From the NCBI GenBank assembly GCA_003504275.1, contig DOAO01000007.1:75535-139534 (forward strand): a stretch of DNA of 64,000 nucleotides. The letters are read 5' to 3'. Made by a program: the position numbers and the translations under genes. The stretch is from Patescibacteria group bacterium. Its GTDB lineage: Bacteria; Patescibacteriota; Minisyncoccia; Phycocordibacterales; UBA12445. Numbering within the stretch: position 1 is the stretch's first letter; every line of letters starts with the position of its first letter. Below the pieces are notes generated by a model. It did not search any database. It was not told the origin of the DNA and worked only from the letters and a program-made list of their open reading frames with translations. This document shows positions 56,858 to 64,000 of this stretch, one piece after another.

Positions 56858-56890
56858 ATACCGGTATAAACGCCGGTATTTTTGTTTTTG
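56858..56890 (+). terminator. rho-independent terminator
   Basis: ATACCGG-TATAAACG-CCGGTAT followed by TTTTGTTTTTG. Confidence 0.65.
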
Positions 56891-56919
56891 TTGACAAAAA
56901 ACAGTTATGGGTATATATT
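56891..56919 (+). promoter_or_regulatory. sigma70-like promoter for the DUF5320 gene
   Basis: TTGACA, exactly 17-nt spacer, TATATT, about 40 nt upstream of the ATG at 56959. Confidence 0.55.
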
Positions 56920-56958
56920 CATAATAATAGTCGTATTTATTATTTAATTTTTAAAAAA

Positions 56959-57153
56959 ATGCCAAGATTAGATGGAACAGGCCCAATGGGCCAGGGGCGT
57001 GGTATGGGTCGTGGGCAGGGGGGGGTTGGGAGAGGACGTCGGGGTTTTTCTCAGAACCAAGTTAGAAAACTTGATGGAACAGGCCCAATGGGTCAGGGAC
57101 CAAGAACTGGCAGAGGGTTGGGAAATTGTCCCGCTTCTGATAAAAGGGTTTAG
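56959..57153 (+). CDS. DUF5320-family small Gly-rich protein
   Basis: MPRLDGTGPMGQGRGMGRGQGG...LDGTGPMGQGPRTGRGLGNCPAS with an internal repeat and a C-terminal Cys. Confidence 0.55.
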   Translation: MPRLDGTGPMGQGRGMGRGQGGVGRGRRGFSQNQVRKLDGTGPMGQGPRTGRGLGNCPASDKRV

Positions 57154-57259
57154 GTTTTTAAAAACCTAATTATTACGTTATTGTTGTCAAAATTAAGAAT
57201 ATATTGTAAAAGTTATTTTCTTTGTATTTTTTATTTGCGTTATTTATTTTTATTTTTTA

Positions 57260-57385
57260 TAATAACATTGAGGTTGATGGTTTGACAGGTTGTGTCGTGA
57301 GGCATAACCACTCGGTTGCAACAGACCGATAGAACCGTTTTACCTTGTCGAGAAGTTCCGGGTCAAACCGGGGCTTTTTGATTTG
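57260..57385 (+). promoter_or_regulatory. structured 5' leader with intrinsic terminator/attenuator upstream of the P-type ATPase (candidate riboswitch)
   Basis: GC-richer structured stretch inside an AT-rich intergenic region. Ends in hairpin AAGTTCCGG-GTCAAA-CCGGGGCTT plus TTTGATTTG, about 45 nt before the start codon. Confidence 0.4.
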
Positions 57386-57428
57386 TGGTTAATTTTGGAA
57401 AATTTGAAAATATTAGTAGAATTGTCTT

Positions 57429-60083
57429 ATGAATAAAATAGATAAAGATACGATTAAAAATCCATTTTGGGCAATGTCGGCGGAAGATTCTGTCGCAATA
57501 TTAAGATCTTCTTATTTGGGTGTTTCAAATCAAGAGGTCTCTGAAAGAAAAAAGATTTTTGGGAAAAATAAAATAATATCCCAAAAGCAATTTGTTGTCT
57601 TGAAACTATTTCTAAGACAATTTGAGAGCCCATTGATTTACATATTGGTACTGGCGGGAATTGTAACCTTATTATTGGGTGATTTTAGTGATGCCATATT
57701 TATATTTACAGCTGTTTTTATAAATGTGTCTCTCGGTTTTTATCAGGAGAATAAAGCAGAAAAAGCCCTGGAGAGTTTGGCTAATTATTTAGAAATAAAG
57801 ACTAGGGTTATAAGGGAAGGAAAGATAAAGGAAATAAATATAGAAGAACTCGTTCCTGGGGACATAATAAATTTTTCTAGTGGAGATAGTATTCCTGCAG
57901 ATTGTAGAATCATTCAATCAAATAATCTTTTGATAGATGAGGCAATATTAACAGGCGAATCTCTTCCTGTGGAAAAAGGAGTAAGGACGGTTGGATTAAG
58001 GGTTGGTTTGGGAGACAAAAAATCGATGGTTTTTTCAGGCACCTCTGTTGTTGAAGGGCTTGGTTCCGCTGTTGTCGTCTCAACGGGTAAAGATACTGAG
58101 CTTGGTCTAATAGCATCACTTATGGCTAGTATAAAAGACGAAGTCACACCTTTGCAAAAGAACATAAATTCTTTCGCAAATAAACTTACTATAATGGTTT
58201 TACTCCTGTCTTTTATGGTTTTTGTTTTGGGATTATTTTATGAATATTCTATTTTGGAAATGTTCACGATGTCGGTTGCCATTGCGGTGGCTGCTGTTCC
58301 CGAAGGTCTCGCTATATCATTGACGGTTATTTTGGCTGTTGGAGTAGAGAGATTGGCAAAGAAAAAGGGTGTTGTAAGGAGGCTTTCATCTTCAGAGACA
58401 CTTGGAGATACTTCCGTTATTCTTACGGACAAAACAGGAACATTAACCATGGCCAAAATGAATCTAGTTAGAGTAGAGGTTCCATATCTGGAAAATCAAA
58501 ACAATCTCTTGGATTATCAGAAGGAAATATTGAAGTTTGCAATACTTTGCACGGATGCTCGTGTTGAAAATCCAGAAGCACCAATTTCTGAATGGAGAGT
58601 AATAGGTAAGTCGCTAGATTCGGCCCTAATAATTGGCGCAGCAAAAAATTTTGAATTAAAAGAGTTTGATATAAGAAAAAGAGCATCTGTAATAGATAGA
58701 TTACCTTTTAATTCTTCAAATAAATTTTCAGCAGTTAAGATTAGAGAGGGAGAAATAGAGTCTACTCTTATGATTGGCGCCCCAGAGGTTGTTTTAAAAA
58801 TGTGCCACAATTTTTACTGGAATGGAAAAAATGCTATTTCAGACAAAGAGAGATCTGATCTTTTGAAAGAGGTTCACAAGAATGCGGGAGATGGATACAG
58901 AATAATTTCCGTTGCATTTTCTGAAAAAAATAAAAATACACAGCTCAAAGATATTAAAAAAATAGACGGATTTTATTATTTGGGAAACCTTTTATTAAAG
59001 GATCCAATTAGAAAAGAAGTTGGTCAGGCTATAAAGGAAATACAAAAAGAAGGAATTAGAACGATTATTGTGACCGGTGACCATACTGGTACTGCAAAAT
59101 CTGTGGCTCGAGAAATAGGCATGGATATAGATGAAAATTCTGTTATTGAACAACATGAACTGGATTTGTTAAGTGACGAAGAATTGCAGGCAAAGCTATC
59201 TTCGGTAAGAATTTTTTCTAGAATCAATCCAGAGTCTAAGGTTAGAATCGCAAGATTATTTCAAAACAATGGCCACGTCGTTGCTATGACTGGTGATGGT
59301 GTGAATGACGCGCCTGCCCTAAAACAAGCCGATGTGGGAATAGCAATTGGTTCTGGTTCTGGTGTGGCGCGTGAATCTTCTGATCTGGTTCTTCTGGATG
59401 ATAGTTTCCACACCATAGTTTCCGCCATAGATGAAGGAAGAAGAATTCTTCAGAATATAAGAAAGGTTTTGGTTTTTTGTTTAACTTCTCTATTTGACGA
59501 ACTTATTCTCGTTGGTGGTTCTATTATTCTTAATATACCTATTCCTTTAAATGCACTGCAGATACTTTGGGTAAATTTTATTGCAGACAGTTTTCCGGCC
59601 GTTTCCCTTTCTTATGAAGATGAAAAAAATAAAGAAGAAATAATAAGAAGGAAAATAAGCAGAGAATCTGTCTTTGATAAGGAGGTAAAATTCTTGGTAT
59701 GGGTAATTGGAATCCTCACAAGTATACTTTTATTTTCTTTGCACGTAATAATGTTAAAACTCGGCATAGAAGAGGGTCTTGTTAGAACATTTATTTTTGC
59801 GTCATTTGGAATTTATACACTCATGCTTATTTTTTCTATTAGAAGTCTGGATAAGAATATTTGGGAATATAACCCATTTTCCAATTGGTTAACAAATCTT
59901 AGTTCCGCTGTTGGTTTATTGTTAATGTTTGTTGCTATTTATTTTCCTCCCGCACAAGCGCTTCTAGATACCGTGTCACTCCCTGAGCCCTGGATTCTTT
60001 CTGTTTTTGGTGTCGGCTTTTCTTGTATAGTGATGGTTGAGGTTGGAAAATTTATATTTATAAGAAAAAAAATGGTGCGTTAA
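57429..60083 (+). CDS. cation-transporting P-type ATPase (type II, Ca2+/Mg2+-like)
   Basis: DKTGTLT phosphorylation motif, TGDGVNDAPAL hinge, TGES. 884 aa, 10 TM helices. Confidence 0.85.
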   Translation: MNKIDKDTIKNPFWAMSAEDSVAILRSSYLGVSNQEVSERKKIFGKNKIISQKQFVVLKLFLRQFESPLIYILVLAGIVTLLLGDFSDAIFIFTAVFINVSLGFYQENKAEKALESLANYLEIKTRVIREGKIKEINIEELVPGDIINFSSGDSIPADCRIIQSNNLLIDEAILTGESLPVEKGVRTVGLRVGLGDKKSMVFSGTSVVEGLGSAVVVSTGKDTELGLIASLMASIKDEVTPLQKNINSFANKLTIMVLLLSFMVFVLGLFYEYSILEMFTMSVAIAVAAVPEGLAISLTVILAVGVERLAKKKGVVRRLSSSETLGDTSVILTDKTGTLTMAKMNLVRVEVPYLENQNNLLDYQKEILKFAILCTDARVENPEAPISEWRVIGKSLDSALIIGAAKNFELKEFDIRKRASVIDRLPFNSSNKFSAVKIREGEIESTLMIGAPEVVLKMCHNFYWNGKNAISDKERSDLLKEVHKNAGDGYRIISVAFSEKNKNTQLKDIKKIDGFYYLGNLLLKDPIRKEVGQAIKEIQKEGIRTIIVTGDHTGTAKSVAREIGMDIDENSVIEQHELDLLSDEELQAKLSSVRIFSRINPESKVRIARLFQNNGHVVAMTGDGVNDAPALKQADVGIAIGSGSGVARESSDLVLLDDSFHTIVSAIDEGRRILQNIRKVLVFCLTSLFDELILVGGSIILNIPIPLNALQILWVNFIADSFPAVSLSYEDEKNKEEIIRRKISRESVFDKEVKFLVWVIGILTSILLFSLHVIMLKLGIEEGLVRTFIFASFGIYTLMLIFSIRSLDKNIWEYNPFSNWLTNLSSAVGLLLMFVAIYFPPAQALLDTVSLPEPWILSVFGVGFSCIVMVEVGKFIFIRKKMVR

Positions 60084-60118
60084 AAACTTTTATTTTTTGA
60101 TTCTGCTATAATTAACCT

Positions 60119-60991
60119 ATGAAAAAATATTTAATATTTGCAGTAGTGTTTTTTTTATTTGTTTTTATTAATCACAGCTTAGCTGTCGAAATACCTCCTA
60201 TTAAGCCCGGCAAGGTCACTCCTATTAAATGGGATAATACCCGGGAAATGATAGATTTGGTCAACGCCTGTCCGATTCAGGATATTGATCCTGCAGAGCC
60301 AAAACCGACCGTTTCAAATATGAAAGGAAGATTTAAGATTATTCGAGCTGATGGTAGCGAACAATATTACTACAACAGACACGGAGAAGCAAATGCTCCA
60401 GTAGAACTTAAGGATGGCGATCAAATAAAGACGTCTGACGGTTCTTCTTCAATAAATTTATCAGACGGAAGTAGCTGGATACTTGGTGAGAACACTACCG
60501 TTAAATACAGAAATAATGAAACCCTCACAAAAATATCGTTATTGGTTGGTAAATTAAGAATATTAAGACCGTCTGTCTTTTTACATGGTTTAAAGAAAAA
60601 AGTCGCTGCAAAACTTGAACCAAAAATGAGAGTAACTTCAGCTTGTGTAAGGGGAACTGATTTTGTGATGGAGCAGACTGAGGACGAAAATACATCAAAA
60701 TATTATCTACATGAGGGAACATTAGACATCGCTACATTGCAGGGCGAGATTAAGCATTTACAATCTGGAGATATTGCTGTGGTGGATTTCGATGGTCAGG
60801 TTGTTCTCACGAAATTAGATGATAATGAATGGAATGAATTAGTGAAAAATCTCGCTCCTCTCGGTGCCATAAATCCACCAGCACAGGAAGGAGAGACTAC
60901 CACTAAACAATCTTCGTCGAAATGGATTGTCTTGGTTACTGTTTTATTGATAATTGGCGGATATTATATTTATAAAAAGAAGTTTAGATAA
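60119..60991 (+). CDS. secreted FecR-domain-like protein with C-terminal TM anchor
   Basis: Signal peptide, FecR-like beta region (INLSDGSSWILGENTTVKY...GKLRIL), C-terminal hydrophobic helix. Confidence 0.4.
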   Translation: MKKYLIFAVVFFLFVFINHSLAVEIPPIKPGKVTPIKWDNTREMIDLVNACPIQDIDPAEPKPTVSNMKGRFKIIRADGSEQYYYNRHGEANAPVELKDGDQIKTSDGSSSINLSDGSSWILGENTTVKYRNNETLTKISLLVGKLRILRPSVFLHGLKKKVAAKLEPKMRVTSACVRGTDFVMEQTEDENTSKYYLHEGTLDIATLQGEIKHLQSGDIAVVDFDGQVVLTKLDDNEWNELVKNLAPLGAINPPAQEGETTTKQSSSKWIVLVTVLLIIGGYYIYKKKFR

Positions 60992-61003
60992 TTTTACTAC
61001 AAG

Positions 61004-61041
61004 AAAAAATCCCCTCAACCAATCGGCAAGAGGGGATTTTT
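61004..61041. terminator. bidirectional rho-independent terminator between convergent genes
   Basis: A-run, TCCCCTC, 13-nt loop, GAGGGGA, T-run. Confidence 0.6.
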
Positions 61042-61043
61042 AG

Positions 61044-61376
61044 TTAAACTTTTCCAAATCTATACAGGATGCCGTCGTAGACATTTCTAAACCAGTTTTT
61101 TAGTCCCTCTATTGTATAGTCTAGCGTGTTGTTTATCTTTGTTGTGATACCAGATAGATAATCAAATATCTTACTAAATCCCGTTGGAACATCGTATTTT
61201 ATATCTGACGTCGGCTTCTGAGCCTTTTCATAAGAATTGCCTCGATCAGGACAAGGTATCTCTAGGGTGTCTATACAGACTGGCTCGGGAATGACATATT
61301 CTTGAGCGAAAGCGATCGGTGCAACTAATAATGACGCCACTATTAATCCGCAAATTATTATTTTATTTTTTTTCAT
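61044..61376 (-). CDS. small secreted hypothetical protein
   Basis: Signal peptide MKKNKIIICGLIVASLLVAPIAFA. 110 aa. Confidence 0.4.
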   Translation of the reverse strand: MKKNKIIICGLIVASLLVAPIAFAQEYVIPEPVCIDTLEIPCPDRGNSYEKAQKPTSDIKYDVPTGFSKIFDYLSGITTKINNTLDYTIEGLKNWFRNVYDGILYRFGKV

Positions 61377-61466
61377 ACTTTTATTTTACCACTCAATATG
61401 TTTAATCGCAAAGTTTCTTCTCAATAATTCATTGCGCCTCATTCTTTATTACATTAAGATTAATAG

Positions 61467-62387
61467 ATGGAAATTCAAACATATTTATTTATTGCATTTG
61501 CTTTTATAATTACCATTTTTCTCGTTGCTGATCTTGGATACTTTAACAGACGTGCACACAAGGTGGATATGAAGTCGGCGCTTTTGCAGTCTATCTTTTG
61601 GGTGGCGGTTTCTCTCGCTTTTGCAGTTTTAATCCTTATATATATGGGGGAGGATTTAGCTCTTCAGTTTTTGAGTGCATATGTCACAGAAAAGATGCTT
61701 TCTGTAGACAATCTATTTGTTATTCTTTTAATTTTTAATTTCTTTAAGTTAGATGAGAAATATCATCATCGCGCACTGTTTTGGGGTATTTTGGGTGCAA
61801 TAGTTTTTCGAGGAATATTTATTACTGCTGGTTCGCTCATCGTCAGCCAATTTCACTGGGTATTGTATATTTTTGGAGTGATACTTATTTATACAGGCTT
61901 TAAATTGTTTGAAGAAAAAAAGGAAGAGCATATCAATTTTCACGAAAACAAAGTTTTAAAGTTTGCTCATAAATATCTGTCTTTTACGAACAGTCCCCAT
62001 GAAGGTAAATTTATGCTTCGCGAGAATGGCAAGTGGCATTTTACCCTACTCTTCATGATAGTGCTTCTTGTAGAAACCACAGATATAGTTTTCGCAGTTG
62101 ATTCTATCCCGGCCGCGTTCGCAATTACTCAGAATCCTTTTATACTTTATACTTCAAATATTTTTGCGGTAATGGGTCTTCGAGCACTCTTCTTCCTTAT
62201 TGAGAATGTTATGCACAGGTTTCATCATTTACAGAAGGGGCTATCCTTAATCCTTATTTTTATCGGCGGTAAAATGTTTGCCGGAATTTTTCATATTGAG
62301 ATATCGTCTTTTGTATCATTTGCCATTGTGATGTCCGCTCTTGTTTTATCTCTGGTTCTCTCCATATATTTTCCAAAGAAAATATAA
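61467..62387 (+). CDS. TerC-family integral membrane protein
   Basis: VDNLFVILLIF and DSIPAAFAITQNPFILYTSNIFAVMGLRALFF repeats of the TerC/Alx family. Confidence 0.7.
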   Translation: MEIQTYLFIAFAFIITIFLVADLGYFNRRAHKVDMKSALLQSIFWVAVSLAFAVLILIYMGEDLALQFLSAYVTEKMLSVDNLFVILLIFNFFKLDEKYHHRALFWGILGAIVFRGIFITAGSLIVSQFHWVLYIFGVILIYTGFKLFEEKKEEHINFHENKVLKFAHKYLSFTNSPHEGKFMLRENGKWHFTLLFMIVLLVETTDIVFAVDSIPAAFAITQNPFILYTSNIFAVMGLRALFFLIENVMHRFHHLQKGLSLILIFIGGKMFAGIFHIEISSFVSFAIVMSALVLSLVLSIYFPKKI

Positions 62388-62460
62388 AAGCATAAAATCA
62401 CTGTTGATAACTATCACGTTTTAATGTGTTATAATTCTAGAGTTAGTTAATAAAATTTTT

Positions 62461-63261
62461 ATGCACCAACAACTTGTAGATTTTATAGAAGAATATCTTC
62501 GAAAAGGCTCGACAAAAGAAGAGATTCACTCGGCTCTTTTAAGGGTGGGTGGATGGACACAGAAAGAAGTAGATGATGTTTTTTTAATTGTCGAAAGAAA
62601 TAATTCATCCTTACCCCAAGATGTTCCAGTTAAGCCAATACCTACAATACCAGCCGTCTCTTCAAATATTGATATCAAACCGACAGTACCAACAAATTCT
62701 CCCGTGACACCACAGAAGCCAATTATTCCGCCATATTCTAGGCCTGTTATAAACAAGCCACCAATGATTGGATTTCAGACATCTTCTCCCTCCTCTGCGC
62801 CTAAGCCACAATTGGAATTTAAGACAACTCCCGCGTTACCACCAAGGCCTTTAATGGATATCAAGGAGCCCTCTTCGCAATTCAAGCCAGTCAAGCCACA
62901 AATGCAGATTTACCCCATGCCAACTCAATCTCCTGTGTCTGCGAATAATACACTTCGGATTGTCTTAATAACTATTTCTATTTTTTCCTTATTCATTGCT
63001 GGAGGAGTGTTTGTATATTTTTACTACTTTGCTCCTGTGATAAATGAAAAAATACCGGTTCAAAATATTGCTACAACAACTGAAACCGAGAGGAATGTTA
63101 TTTTGCCTCCAGACAATGCCGTTCCAGAAGGGGCTGATTTACTTATTCTGCCCCCGGAGATTATTCAGGATATAAAAAACGATGTTTCTTCTACAACGTT
63201 AGAAGTGCCCATAGTTCCTCCTACGCAGTCTTCGTCTTCAGTCCCTTTTGTTAACGATTAA
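62461..63261 (+). CDS. hypothetical Pro-rich membrane-anchored protein
   Basis: N-terminal soluble domain, Pro/Thr-rich low-complexity linker, single TM helix. Confidence 0.35.
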   Translation: MHQQLVDFIEEYLRKGSTKEEIHSALLRVGGWTQKEVDDVFLIVERNNSSLPQDVPVKPIPTIPAVSSNIDIKPTVPTNSPVTPQKPIIPPYSRPVINKPPMIGFQTSSPSSAPKPQLEFKTTPALPPRPLMDIKEPSSQFKPVKPQMQIYPMPTQSPVSANNTLRIVLITISIFSLFIAGGVFVYFYYFAPVINEKIPVQNIATTTETERNVILPPDNAVPEGADLLILPPEIIQDIKNDVSSTTLEVPIVPPTQSSSSVPFVND

Positions 63262-63479
63262 TAACGTTTATAAAAAAAGACTAAGAAAAATATCTCTTAG
63301 TCTTTTTTATTGCCCAAAAATCAAAAAGACCTAGATAAATCTAGGACTCTTTGATGAGGTAAGATGGTTCTATCGATCTGTTGCAAACGAGTGGCTTATA
63401 CCTTGCGATAAAACCTATCAAACCATCAACCTCATTTACAAGTATAAAAAAAAGATAAAAATGGGTCAAGGATCCACCT

Positions 63480-63675
63480 GTGGATAACTTTTGCACCCTC
63501 GTCACCGTCATTGCGAGACGAGGCGCATTGCCCAGTAGTGAGCTCTGCTCTACTACCTTGGGTCCTAGCCGAGTCGTGGCAATCCCCGTCGACCAATCCA
63601 GGAATCCATTCCCGTTTCCGTCATTGCGAAGGCTTTAGCCTGTGGCAATCCAGACTGAGTTTTTTATGATATTAT
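63480..63675. repeat. cluster of GTCATTGCGAG / GTGGCAATCCAGA palindromic repeat motifs (same family as 8377, 29896, 32770)
   Basis: GTCATTGCGAGACGAGG...GTCGTGGCAATCC...CCGTCATTGCGAAGGCTTTAGCCTGTGGCAATCCAGACTGAG followed by a T-run. Confidence 0.5.
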
Positions 63676-63744
63676 AATTGTGCGTAGGGTTTTTCATTTT
63701 AAATAACTCCTACCAACTAATATTTACTTTATATTTTTTATTTT

Positions 63745-64000
63745 ATGGATACACCAAGAAATGGAACATTGGATTTCGGGGGAACAAAAGCCACAGTAGG
63801 CGAGCCTGCCCGAACCGACGGCAGTCGGGGCGGGGGATTTTATCTTTTCTTTGATACAGAAACGACAGGGCTACCAAAAGATTGGAAAGCACCTGTTACT
63901 AATTTGGATAATTGGCCACGTCTCGTTCAGATAGCCTGGATGTTGTATGACAAAGACGGCGGTAAGATAAGTGAGGCGTCATATGTTGTTAAGCCGGAGG
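63745..64000 (+). CDS. DnaQ-like 3'-5' exonuclease (DEDD family) domain protein, N-terminal part (3' end lies outside the window)
   Basis: FDTETTG Exo I motif. ORF runs off the window end. Confidence 0.55.
   Translation, partial: MDTPRNGTLDFGGTKATVGEPARTDGSRGGGFYLFFDTETTGLPKDWKAPVTNLDNWPRLVQIAWMLYDKDGGKISEASYVVKPE

Noticed and set aside
56972-57169. Alternative-frame ORF overlapping the DUF5320 gene
   Set aside because: It shares the same DNA in a different frame. The 56959 frame yields the recognisable DUF5320 repeat and sits correctly behind a consensus promoter.
57260-57385. Calling the ATPase leader an M-box or yybP-ykoY riboswitch outright
   Set aside because: I could not recognise the conserved aptamer cores of either family by inspection. 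Only the expression-platform terminator is evident, so it is left as a candidate needing cmsearch.
8377-63675. CRISPR array hypothesis for the recurring palindromic repeats
   Set aside because: The copies are dispersed, each present once per locus and internally palindromic with nested structure. There is no regular repeat-spacer periodicity, and no cas genes are present.

Overview
Low-GC, gene-dense bacterial window; the gene content suggests a Candidate Phyla Radiation / Patescibacteria-type genome (inference from composition, a short IF-2, and absence of biosynthetic operons). Three parts stand out.

(1) 1-27.5 kb is a large surface-glycan island. It holds at least 10 class-I SAM methyltransferases, GT4, GT2 and GT-B glycosyltransferases, GtrA, a polytopic GT-C-like membrane protein, a pyruvyl transferase, two AsnB-type amidotransferases and a Wzx-type flippase. 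It also carries a nonulosonic (sialic-acid-like) sugar module, NeuA (CMP-sugar synthetase) and a NeuB-family synthase, placed next to two radical-SAM enzymes. One is B12-binding and the other is small with a Cys-rich C-terminus. The small one has a G9 homopolymer in its ribosome-binding site.

(2) 27.6-33.4 kb is an accessory, insertion-rich zone. A GIY-YIG nuclease gene and a RhuM-Fic fusion gene are inserted at the 5' end of a UDP-glucose-dehydrogenase-like gene, with a 37-bp duplication of that gene's start. Nested palindromic MITE/REP-like elements recur here and also at 8.4, 32.8 and 63.5 kb. A 1.1-kb noncoding island carries a 28-codon Lys/Ala-rich ORF with its own terminator.

(3) 33-64 kb is housekeeping (secA, infB, rbfA, clpB, def, cysteine desulfurase, an HtrA-like protease) plus a metal/redox homeostasis cluster (DUF134, ZIP, thioredoxins, CcdA, YibE/F, rhodanese, DUF2202, DUF5320, P-type ATPase, TerC).

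The most unusual signal is a conserved, covarying structured element of about 90-170 nt found just downstream of tRNA-Lys, tRNA-Leu and tRNA-Tyr, always in the tRNA's orientation. Each copy sits among partial copies of the tRNA 3' end. This looks like either an undescribed tRNA-linked ncRNA or the att remnants of a tRNA-targeting mobile element family. A terminator-containing leader upstream of the P-type ATPase is a candidate riboswitch. No CRISPR array is present.
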